Shown: positions 23,506 through 33,360 of the stretch, piece by piece
How positions within the stretch are numbered: position 1 is the first letter of the stretch
Layout of the letters: each line of letters opens with the position of its first letter
From: Blastocladiella emersonii ATCC 22665
Taxonomy: Eukaryota > Fungi > Blastocladiomycota
Assembly (NCBI GenBank): GCA_025594325.1
Contig: JANHCV010000010.1
Location: forward strand, 310,001-374,000
Direction: 5' to 3'
DNA length: 64,000 nucleotides
Translations under genes and position numbers: made by a program
The notes under the pieces: model-generated
What the model was told of the DNA's origin: nothing
Database searches by the model: none
The model's input: only the letters and a program-made list of their open reading frames with translations

Positions 23506-25861
23506 TCACGTGAATCGTTCAAGGAGAGTTGTGAGATGTTGCAACGCTCCAATGGCCCGGATGAGCTCTTGTTGACCCGAGCTGGCGACAGCAGGGTTCA
23601 ACTCATCGTCGACGATTGATGTGTTGAACAACTGAAGAGATTCAAACTGTGCCGGAAGAAACTGTGCGAGGCTCGCGAGATCGTTGCTATCAAGCGGGCA
23701 ACACGGAGTTTCCAAGTCGCGCAGCGACTCGGGTAAGTAGGGAGCGAGCGCTCCAATGGCACCCTCGCATCGCAGTGTCAGCGCTGGACCGCGGCGAGCT
23801 GCCGTATCAGAGGGGGAAACGAACCAGGATACCGAGCAGGTACGTCTCGAGGTTGATGTGCAGCATGTCGATCGGGCTCGGGACCCGCGACTCGACGGCC
23901 GGCGCGTGAAGGACCGACGACGAGCGAAGCGGAAGTCGCGACGTGATCTGCTCAAAGATTACCGACGCGGAGCGCATCATGGACAAGGAGGAGCGCTGCG
24001 GGGAGAGGGACATTGAATCGAGCGTGGGCGAGGGGGCCGACGACGGCGTCAGCAGCGTTTCTGCAGGCGAAGGTGCCGAGAGCGAGTCGGCCTGAGAAGA
24101 GGTCGTTGCAGAGCGGGTCGAGAGGAAAGCCGGCAGCAGGACCGCGCCCATACCGTCCGCACCACCACGTCCAGCAGGGCCAGCATCGTCGGCGCCAGCC
24201 AAGGGCGGCGGTGTGAGTGCCGGCAGTCGGTCCCCGATCGCGACCGAATGTCGGCGCGCAGCTGTTGGCGGAAGCGGAAGCGGCAGCGGTGCGGGTTTGA
24301 GCGAGGCGGGCGCCTCGTTCATGGACACGCGGAGCGTCACCTCACTCGTGTCGGATCGCTCTGACTCGGCGTTCTGGTCGGCCGGCGGGTCGGGCGTCTC
24401 GATGCACTCGGCCGTGCTCAGCGTGACGCGGGGCGCCTGCAGCGCGGCGTCCTCGTACGCCGAGAGCACCGAGCCTGTCTCGAAGCGCGAGCTGCGACGC
24501 CGGTTGGACAGCGGGTGCGTGTGGGCGAGCTTCGCGGACAAGTCCAGCGGCGGCTGTGCGACGCTGCCCGCGGCGACGGACGACGCGCGCCGTGTTCTGC
24601 GTGGAAGCGTCGGTACGGCGGGTTCGGGCGCGACGTTGAGGTTGGTGATCGACAGGCGCGCGTCGTATTGTTGTTCCATCGGGCGCACAAGCTTGGTAAG
24701 CGACGCAGGAAGACACGGCGCAAGGGACTGAACGTCGGGGAGCGTCAAACCAGCATGCTTGAGCATGTGGCAACTAAGAGAACGCGGGAGCGAGCGTGCG
24801 AACGATGCAAAGGCGGGTGTAGCCTGCGAAGCCAAAATCGCACGCTTTGATTTCGGGCCGTGTATAAACTCGCATTGTCGAAAATGATAAATAGCCGTCA
24901 GCGTTTGAGGAAGGTACGTCAAGAGGGTAGTCGATTCGTCGAGACGGCTGAAGTCGTAGTTACGAAAGTCCAAGATCTTGAGCTTAGCCGGAAATAGTTG
25001 GCCGAGTGCAGCGTCGCAACCGTGGTCAACCCACAACTGGTCGAGCTGCAAATGCTCAACAGAGTCGGGAAGAAGGGGCGTTGAGGCGAGGGCCGGCGTC
25101 TCCTGCGCAAGATTGTGGCACATACTCTCGATCTCGACTCGTGTCACGGTCGACGGAACATTGATCAGGCGAAATGACTCGGGCCGCAAATTGCACGGGT
25201 TAAACTTCAAATATTTGAGGGGTGGATCGCGAGGAATTACGAATTCATTGTTGAGGCGGGTGATGGTCTCGGGAGTCAGCCGATCGCCGAGGTACTCCAG
25301 GAATGCACCATCGTCCTGTTCACTGTCGTCACTGTCGTATCCCGTATTAATAACGCCATCTCCACCTTCATCCTCGTCTGGACCAAAATGGGTCGGTGAG
25401 GCCTAGCACGGTGGCGAAAGCGTGGGTCAGCGCGAGATAAGTTGAAGGGCATGCTCAGCGTAACCCTTCAGGTTTGGTCACGACGCGAGATCCGAGCACG
25501 CCCCGTACGATTTTGGCCGCAGTCCCACGAGCATAGTAAGTAAGCGACGGAAGCGGAAGGCCAGAGTCGTGCCAAAAAATCGAGAGCTCGATAGTGAAGA
25601 TTTTCGCTGGCGTCGAGAAGTGCGTTGACCGAGTACGTCAAGGGAAGCCTCGATTCACGCCAAAGTTCAAGTGCGGACACGCGGGCGCGCTTGCTTGATT
25701 CGTTCATGGAAAGCATCGGAGAGGTGAGCAGAATCGTGCGTGTCACGCGCGGAATATCGGCGCGCCGCATCACACTCGAGTACTGTGCGAGGCGCCTGGA
25801 CGGCATAGCATAACACTTGCTCAATGAGTTGCGGTAAGTGCAAGATCGCTCGAGGGTTCAT
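23506..25861 (-). pseudogene. F-box/ankyrin/LRR pseudogene (paralog of 7930-9846) interrupted by a foreign fragment
   Basis: MNPRAILHLPQLIEQVL and ALELWRESRLPLTY lie in different frames. LRRs occur at 24690-25200 and resume at 23506-23780. Confidence 0.75.
23780..24679 (-). other. Captured ~0.9 kb fragment (putative first exon plus partial intron of an unrelated S/P-rich gene)
   Basis: Begins ATG GAA CAA CAA TAC in frame after LPASLTKLVRP. GC-rich and non-LRR. Ends with a GTTCGT donor-like site and a GCTGAC branch-like site but no acceptor before the LRR sequence resumes. Confidence 0.55.
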
Positions 25862-26020
25862 GGTGCTGCCATTTAATCGTCTCATGGAGGTCGAGGGGAG
25901 CTTGCCGCACTCGTGCGGCGCGCTCAAGGTTTCGGCTGACCGCCGCATCACGTGGGAGCCACCGCAGATGAACGCCGCGTCCTCGCGTGACTCTGGGCAG
26001 CGACGAAAGCCACACAAGAC

Positions 26021-26344
26021 ATGCAGGGTACGATAAATTTGACCTTCCGGATCAACGGCACCAAAATACAACTCATAGCTTCAGCTTGGCGATCGCGAAC
26101 CGTCACAAACGCAACGGGCAAGGACAGTTTCACTGCAAGCCAGGCCTTGGCGTATATCCAAGCTATCTTCGACATGTGCAGCGATACGTGCCGGGACGAC
26201 CTGATTGTGACGTACAAACTGGCCCACGATTACGTCGGCAGCCAGGGTCTCAAGATTGGTTGCAGCGACGAGGAGCCCCCGGAAGCGAGCCATAAGTACA
26301 TGAAGGCGAACCGCTGGCGTGGGTACGCAAAACTGGTGAGATGA
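26021..26344 (+). CDS. Hypothetical small protein, possibly degraded
   Basis: 107-aa ATG ORF with globular-looking composition and no family I recognise. Confidence 0.25.
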   Translation: MQGTINLTFRINGTKIQLIASAWRSRTVTNATGKDSFTASQALAYIQAIFDMCSDTCRDDLIVTYKLAHDYVGSQGLKIGCSDEEPPEASHKYMKANRWRGYAKLVR

Positions 26345-27051
26345 GTCGATGGCGCGGGCGCAAACCTAGTGAGCTGAGTCGGTGGCACGGGAACCATGAC
26401 GAATGGCGAACAGTAAAGCCAGGCACACGGGGCAACATCTCTGCCGTGCACGCGGAGCCTGAGAACGTCCAACCTACACAGCAATTTAAGGCGTCAATCG
26501 CCCAGTTAAACGACCACGCTCTCCCCGCGACAACCTTTAGTGTGACAGCCCACTCGTCTCCCGCTGCTCCGGTCATGTCCGCGATTACATGCAGCAAGCG
26601 TAGCGCGGCTAAGGTTAGCCTCGATTTCAAGCCCGTCGCGGGCACCAACCGTGATTCGGGTGACGATTCTGACGGCGAGTACAAGCGCACCGGTTGCTCG
26701 CTGACGCAGGAGTCGCCCGGCCATTCGCACAAGAGTCAAATCCGTTGGCAGCAGTTCTGGCGGGACCACGACCGACTCGGGTGATACCGCCGGCGATGCT
26801 TCTGGCGGCGGCTGCGACTCTGGCGGCGGCGGCGGCGGTGGTGGTAAATCGTGCAATTGAGTCCTCAATACATTGCTTATCATTTGTGTTCATCGCTACT
26901 GGTGTGAGACGTTGGTCATGCCGCGAGCAGGAGCGATACCCTCACAGCACGCTCGTGCTCGAGTTCTAATGAAGCTTGCTCAAGGGTCCAGTCAATAATG
27001 AGGTAGATGAATCTTCGTCGAATTGAGATCAGATGCAGCGTGGTGGAAGAC

Positions 27052-27917
27052 TTAGCAGCAGCAGTCGTCAATGACTGGCTCGGGCTCCACGCAGCACTTG
27101 TCGACGACGGGCACCTCCTCGACCTCCACCTCCACTTCAGCGGTCTCCTCCTCAACAACGGGCTCCTCAACGACCTCAACCTCGACAACGGTCCCGTCGA
27201 CGACGACGGCCTCCTCGACGGGAACGGCGGGCTCGAAGAGCGCTACACGGTAAGAAAAACGCGTTAGCGCTCGGATCGATCAACGCCCACTGGTTTTGCG
27301 CGAGTGAACGTACCCTCGGGGTTGCTCGAGTTGAGTACCATCTCGGGCATATCGGGGCCCATAGTCTCCTGCACGCGAGCCGCGGCGTCGGTCCACGAGA
27401 TGCCCGCGTTGTCGGGGTTGGTCATGACCTCCATGACAGCGGCCGAGAAGGGCGACATGCCGCCGTCCTCGCCGGCAAAGTTGTACTGGCCCTCGGCGGC
27501 GGCGGACATGGTGATGATGTTACCGACGCCCTCGCCCATGGCCGAGAAGTCGAACTCGACGGGCGCGTCCATGATGAGCGCGCAGTTGGCGCCGGCGGGG
27601 AGCTCGGCGAGGACCGTCTGCAGGTCGACGTCCGAGATGACGGTGCCGTCGGGCAGCGCGATGCCATTGCCCTCGCCGGCCATGCCCGAGAAGGAGAAGA
27701 GCACCGTGTCGCCGGGCTCGGCGTTGGCGACCATCTCCTGCAGCGACGCCAGGACACCCTCGCGCGTCACGGGCACGTCCGAGTCCACGTCGGTGAGCAG
27801 CGTCACGGTGCCGGCGCCGAGCGCGCTCGCGACGTTGGTCATGCCGCTCGCGTCGGCGAGGGCACACGGCGTCGCGTCGCCGTACGTGAGGCCGACACAC
27901 AGAGCACTGTTGGGCAT
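27052..27917 (-). CDS. Inactive metacaspase-fold protein (C14-like pseudoprotease) with an acidic V/E tail ending in CCC; 264 aa, 2 exons
   Basis: ALCVGLTY..D, TREGVLASLQEMVANAEPGDTVLFSFSGMAG (SGHG expected), LIMDAPV (DCC/DSC expected), SAAAEGQ and PFSAAV. Intron 27243-27313 (GTACGT..GCTAAC..TAG) adds ALFEPAVPVEE..DKCCVEPEPVIDDCCC*. Confidence 0.85.
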
Positions 27918-28625
27918 TTTTGGATTGGTCGATGCGATGCGTGCGATGCGTGACGAGCTTCGTTGGCAGTGTTCGAGTACTGGGCTAGCGCGGGGACTCG
28001 AGGGGGTTTTATAGCGAGTTCAAGGTTGCTCGTTGAGCTCGAACAGTACGTGGCGTAGGGAGGTGCATGAGCACCGCGTCGATGGGCGGTGCGACGCGGT
28101 GCCAGCAAGCCGACCGGGGAGCTGAGCACCGCACGGCACCGTTCTGGATTGACGTTCTGCGCTTTCCGCAATTGATTGCTGAAGATGGCCGCAGCTTCTC
28201 GAGCGCGTGCAGAAGTGGAAGGCTCTGTGATGGCTTGCATACTGAGCTCTAGTCACGCGGCGAAGCGAATCGAAGACAAGACTTCACGATACGTCGCCCG
28301 CCCCCCGCATTTACGAGCGGATGGTGACGCAAGCAAATTTATACCCCTTGATATCATGTACGTTCACGAGTTCCAGCATGAGCGATGACGGACAGACGTG
28401 ACGCAAGTGGCGCGACGCGGTTCTGGCGTCCAAGTCGCGAACTTGACCCATACGCGAAGTGACGTTGACGTAGCTCGTACCCTCTTCATGGAGAGCTGCA
28501 GCATTTTTATCTTAAGGCCAAGTCGGATAGCTCGTGACCAGGAAGCTGCGCGAGCTTCGTGAGCACTCATAGCAGCATTGCGTGTGAGACGCGTCTATGT
28601 CTCGCACCTGATCGCGTTCACGCGT
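27915..28625. repeat. Old segmental duplicate, uninterrupted copy: promoter/5' region of the pseudo-metacaspase
   Basis: Aligns at ~70-75% by eye to 29868-30225 (left part) and 33050-33360 (right part). Examples: AAGGTTGCnCGnnGAnCTCGAnCnGTACGTGGCGTAG and TACCCCTTGATAnCATG. Confidence 0.8.
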
Positions 28626-28859
28626 TCATCATTTTGACACCGGATTGAAACAAATCAGGTAGTTGCAGTGCCCATGATTGCAGGCGTCGGAGGAGTGACG
28701 CGAGAAAACGCGGAAGGGACGCGTTGCGCCACCGGCGTGACGTTGGGCGCCCCTCAGCTGCGTCCACCGCCGCTGAGATGAGTCAACGGCGGCTCTCGCA
28801 CTCCCCACACTTCAGCCCAAGGCGCTCATGCTCATGCTCGCGCCATCACACTTGCTGCA

Positions 28860-29820
28860 ATGGAATCTCATGCACCTGCAAGTCAGTTTCCCGCCTACGC
28901 CTTCGCCGACGAGGAGCTCGTCGTGCTTCACACGACCGACGGCGGTCGCACGATCTTCCGGGCTTTCCCGCTCTATGCTTCTCGCGTGAATCTTCTTGGC
29001 CGCAGGCCTGAATGGCGACCTGCTCATCTTCATGCTAATTACTGCCGTTTCGCGGTCCCCGCCCTTGACGATACACACGCCATAATCCGTACGCCCGTCG
29101 CGCCTCCATACGGCAGTAGATTCCACTGACTTTCGTGCGGGTGCACTCTAGGCCTCCAGGATCGCTCGATACAGCTCACAGGCACGTTATTGAGAACAAA
29201 CCGTGACTTCGACAGCTGTCTCATTCGTGTCAGCACATGTAGCCGTCCTCCCGGGGTCTGAAATCAAAGTCCACCGCGCTGCAACTGAGATCATTACGGT
29301 TGGCTCGGATGCTTTCGTCGAGACCTTTCCCGGTGAGCCCTTCATCATGGGCGACGAGTGCTTCATGGTCCGCGAGCTCAACTCGGTTCCGCAGGTCCGC
29401 GCCATGTCGCAGTACCACAGCGCCGTCACGTCGCCCGCTCAGCCTGATCTCGGACTCGACGCCGAGCTGCAGCGGATTTTCCGCGAGGCCGTACATGGCC
29501 CTACCGGCGCCACCGCGCCGCCGTACACGGAGGCCCTCCTCCCAATCGGCTTCCCAAACAGCGGCAGCGGCTCGGCCCCAGGTTTTATCTCAATCGCAGT
29601 CCCGCTTCCGGTCCAACCGAGACCGTCCCACCCCCACCTTCGCCCTGAGAGCCTCATGAAGCGGAGTGCGAGTCCGACCCTCCAGTCCATGCTTCAAGCT
29701 GGTCTTCAATCTGCTAGGCGCGCTGACTCGGAGTCTGAGCAAGGGTCTAGTCGCGGTGGTGACGGCGACGAAGACTACGATCCCGAGAGTTCTGATGAGT
29801 ATACCGATGACGAGGCGTAG
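28860..29820 (+). CDS. Degenerate FHA-like protein with an acidic tail; 3 exons predicted, including a GC-AG intron
   Basis: NLLGRRP..THAII|RLQDRSIQLT|AVLPGSEIKV..IITVG..PGEPFIMGDECFMV fits the FHA beta-strand pattern. Introns 29089-29151 and 29182-29242 preserve the frame. Confidence 0.5.
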
Positions 29821-29867
29821 AGAGCGCCCAGGAAGCATGCAGTCGATGAAATACTAAGAGAATTCCG

Positions 29868-30225
29868 CATTTTTTTTTGGTCGATACACGTCGGATTGAG
29901 CTTCGTTGGATGTGTTCAAGTGCTGGACCCGCGGGGACGCGATGGGGCTTTATTGAGCTTCGAAGGTTGCACGCCGACCTCGAGCGGTACGTGGCGTAGA
30001 GGGAAGCGAGATGAACAACGCGTCGCTGGCTGACTCGACGCGGCGCAAGCAACGCGATCAGCACTTGAACGCCGCAAGGTTTCGTTCCAGTTTGGCTTTC
30101 AGGCCGCTTTCCTAGAGTAATTAGCGGTGATATCAGCAGCCTCCCGTGAGGTCTCGCGCGCTGAGTGGAGGTCATGCGGCGAAGCGGAGAGGCGTTTCGC
30201 GACGCGCCGCTCGCTCCACGCGTTT
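29868..30225. repeat. Segmental duplicate, second copy, left half (metacaspase-type promoter up to its ATG; CDS lost)
   Basis: Homology to 27915-28310 starts at the paralogous CAT (ATG on the minus strand) and ends at CCACGCGTTT, where the Fanzor block begins. Confidence 0.75.
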
Positions 30226-30290
30226 TTCGCACTGACGCGATAGCTGCGGTCAGTGGCAGTGACCGTCATTGGTCGAAGATTGCGTATTTA

Positions 30291-30378
30291 CAGCGGACAG
30301 TGGACAGCGGTCATCGACAGCGGCCGTGATTGGTCGAAGATGGTGGACAGCGGACAGCGAAAAGCGGACAGCGGACAC
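30291..30378. repeat. Subterminal/promoter array of GGACAGC-like heptamers (~7 copies)
   Basis: CAGCGGACAGTGGACAGCGG..GACAGCGG..GGACAGCGGACAGCGAAAAGCGGACAGCGGACAC. The same GGACAGCGGACAG occurs upstream of the paralog at ~22486. Confidence 0.75.
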
Positions 30379-30568
30379 TTGGGTCGATTGTGGCGCAAGA
30401 CGCGTCACCGCGCGCACGCATGGGCCGCCGACGTGCGCAAACGGAAAGAGCGGTCACTTCGCCACACGGCTGGCACAGCAGCAGCAGGACCCCGATAAAA
30501 GGCGGCGCTCGCCCACACACCCCTGTCTCTCGCTCTCGCGACAGCTAGTTCAACGCCATCACATCACC

Positions 30569-31385
30569 ATGACCGTCTTTCCCGCCTCGTCTCGCACCGC
30601 GTCGACCGCTAATGCCGCCTCGATCCGCACGGCATTGACCGCCGCCACCGGCTTGGTCAAGCCCGCGCGCCCGACGGCCAAGAACGCCGGGACAACGGCG
30701 TCCGCCGTCGCAGACACCAAGTCGGGCGACGATCCCGCGGCTACTTCAAGCGAGCCGGCCGACTCGGAGGCCAAGGATGACGGCAAGGTCACGCGCGCCG
30801 ACCGCGCATCGACGCCCGAGTCGCCCGAGTTGCCCGACGACGTGATCGCCGCGCTCAAGCGCGACCTGGCCAAGCTCAAGCTGGACCACGCCGCCGAGCT
30901 GGCCAAGCTCCAGCTCGACCACAACGCCGAGCGCGAGGCCGCGGCCACGGAGCTGACTTTGGCCAAGCGCGAGCTGCTCGAGACCAAGGACGAGCTGTTC
31001 GCCCTCCAGCGCGCGCACGACTCGACCGTGGTCGAGCTGGAAAAGGCCAAGAACGAGGCTGCCATGGGTGCGTGGAGGATTGAAGACCTCGAGCTTGACC
31101 TCAAGCTCGCGACGGACGCGCTCAACCAGGCGAACCAGCAGCTACTGCAGCTCACGAGCGCGCAGTCCGTGCCCGCGGTCGTGGACCCCAACGAGGAGGT
31201 CGCCGTGCACCTCGTTGTGCGCGAGGCGCTCGTTGCGGCCAACATGTTCACCGAGGCCGGCTACTTGGCCGCGCAGGCCGACGCGCGCGGTTTCATCCAC
31301 GCCGCTCACGGGCCCAACTCGCCGTACCGCAAGGTCAGCGGCCAGTTCGTGGCGCGTCGCGCTGCCCTGCCACACCTGTTTGAAA
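30569..31385 (+). CDS. Coiled-coil protein paralog, C-terminally fused to an antisense LRR fragment (ORF reads on to 31546)
   Basis: Heptad-rich. LVVREAL..GY..RGFIHAAH..QFVARRAALPHL aligns with the C-terminal domain of 22606-23430. Confidence 0.65.
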
Positions 31386-31624
31386 CGATCTTAGCCAGAA
31401 CCACGTCCTCGACGCTCGTCTGGACAACGAGCTTCCGCAGCGTTGCCGGCAGCTGTTTCGCAAGAAACATCATGGGGCGGTCGTCAATGTCCCACGCCGA
31501 GATATCGAGCGACTCGAGGTGCGGCGGGAGGTCCTTGGCAAAGTAGAAGTGGACGCGCCGCGAGGCTTTCCAATAGTGGTTGATGGAGAGATGCTTGAGC
31601 GAGGGCGGAAGCGCGCCAACGGGC
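31385..31624 (-). repeat. 240-bp copy of the 3' end of the LRR gene (20618-20857)
   Basis: I count 10 mismatches in 240 nt (~96% identity). Confidence 0.95.
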
Positions 31625-32722
31625 GGGCGTCAAGGGCGCCGCTCCACGGACAAGTTCGACAAGCCGTTCGCGGGCGTCTCGGTCGACGGCGCGGGCGGCC
31701 TCACGCTCGGCCAGGTGCTCGCCAAAGCCGACACGCTCGCGCCCCATGGCCCGGTCCAGGTCCCGATCCCGGGCGGCCGTGACAAGATCGAGTCGCACAA
31801 GAAGAAGATTGTCGTCCGCTACGGCCAGCGCGTGTTTGTCATTGACGCCGGCGTGCGCGACTTCCTCACTGGCTTCGTCGTGCCGTTCGAGCTCGCGCGC
31901 CTGTTTTGGCGGCTCCAGTACCTCGCGTACTTGGCGGCGCAGGGTGGCGACGGCCCGTGGTCCGAGGTGCTCAAGGCGTACATTCGGTCGGCGGTCTTGC
32001 GCGTCGTCCTGACTCAGCCGCTGTTCCAGTCGCTGTCGAGTCGCGAGTTCCACCACCACGTCGGCACCGACCAGGCCCGCAACCAGCGCAAGGCGTCGCG
32101 CGCCAAGGCGGGCCTCGTACCAGGCGATGCAGCGCACGTGTGCGTTGCCAGCGACCACCGCGCGGTCGCTCGGGTCGCCACCGAGTACATGGAGGCCAAG
32201 GTAGAGGAGAGCTGCAGCCACGGCGTGTGCAGCACCAAGTTCACCAACGAGGGCCGCCGCAAGGCGTACTGGGCCGACCTCGCCCGCGCGCTGCGCGGCC
32301 ACGTCGTGCTCATCGGCCGCAAGTTCTCGGGCTTCGGCATGATCTCGGCGGCCGACAAGGGCCCCGTGGTCGAGATGGTCAAGGAGCTGCGCTTGCGCGG
32401 CGTCACCGTGTACGCCGTCGACGAGAACTAATCGAGCAAGTGGTGCGCCGCGTGTGCCATGGCCGACCCCGCCGCCGCCAAGGCCGACAAGACCAACCTG
32501 CTCGGCAAGACCAACAAGAAGGTGTACCAGACGCGCGCGTGCCGTCGCTGCGGCGTCCGCGTGCAGCGCGACCGCAACGCGGCCGTCAACATCCTCTCGT
32601 TCGCCATCAAGCAGCTCGTCTTCGAGGACCAGGCCAAGGACGCGGACGGCAACCCGCTGCCTGCCGCCCGCCCCAAGCACCGCTACCACCGCAAGCGCCG
32701 CACCACGCCCACGGTCGAGTAG
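31625..32722 (+). pseudogene. Fanzor1 (eukaryotic TnpB-like RNA-guided nuclease) remnant A, 5'-truncated, one nonsense codon
   Basis: RuvC-I VIDAG; GP..MVKELR; RuvC-II VDEN*SSK (TAA at 32429-32431 where the paralog has Tyr); zinc finger CAAC..CRRC; RuvC-III QRDRNAAVNI. Confidence 0.9.
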
Positions 32723-32979
32723 TCCAAGCTGTCCTTCCCTCCTCCCTCTCCCCTACTGGTACCGTACGTTGCATTGTGCAGGCGTACGTGCGTGCAGTCC
32801 TTGCTTCCAACATCCGATACTTGTGTGCTATCGGTGAGGTTGCATTGCTGATCGCTGCGGCCTGCAGCAGCGCAAACCCGCGAGATGTCCCTGCCCCTTG
32901 GGGCCGGATCACCCTCGCACGGCCTAGTGTTGGCCGGTGCCCCTTTTTCTCCGACTTTTTTGTTGTTTGATTGTAAATA
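32723..32979 (+). ncRNA. Candidate omegaRNA scaffold of Fanzor A
   Basis: Noncoding and hairpin-dense between the stop codon and the right end: GTACGT-TGCA/TGCA-GCGTAC (32764-87), CCGATA/TATCGG, CGCTGC/GCAGCG, GCGAG/CTCGC enclosing GCCCC/GGGGC, and CGGCC/GGCCG. Position matches known Fanzor omegaRNAs. Confidence 0.55.
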
Positions 32980-33049
32980 CGCACCTGTTCGAGCAGCTGC
33001 CGCAGCAGTACCTCGTTGGCCTTGTTTAGAACTGAGGTCATGTTGTTGT

Positions 33050-33360
33050 TCAGAGCTGCTTGTGACGTGAACAGAGCTGTACCCCTTGATACCATGCATA
33101 ACCTTGAGCCTCGGAATGAGAAGAAAGTGGTAGGCGCGGCGGAGGTGGCGCAACGCGTCTCCAGCGTCCATGACGCGAACTTGAAGTCCGACCTGGCCTT
33201 GACGTGGCTCGTGCTCTCGTCATGGAGCGCGACAGCGTTTCCACCGTGATCGAGTCGCATAGTTCGTGACTACTCAACAGTGAGACCTACGCAAACGTTC
33301 ACAGCAGCTCGGAGCGCGAGACGCGTCGATGTCTCGCGCCTGATCGCTGTCACACGTCGA
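33050..33360. repeat. Segmental duplicate, second copy, right half
   Basis: Aligns to 28312-28625 (GTGACG..TACCCCTTGATA, GCGAACTTGA, TTGACGTnGCTCGT, GAGACGCGTCnATGTCTCGCnCCTGATCGC). Confidence 0.8.

Larger units (their letters stand above)
30287..32977 (+). mobile_element. Non-autonomous Fanzor1 element with captured cargo; outer ends may extend to ~30225 and ~33048
   Basis: Perfect inverted repeat TGCGTATTTACA (30281-30292) / TGTAAATACGCA (32972-32983), i.e. TA|TTTACA..TGTAAA|TA. Weaker inverted homology continues outward. The block is absent from the paralogous segment at ~28310. Confidence 0.7.

Noticed and set aside
26021-26784. Ubiquitin/SUMO-like or transposase fragment
   Set aside because: Only a superficial N-terminal strand pattern; no di-Gly or catalytic motif, and the downstream frame is unconvincing.
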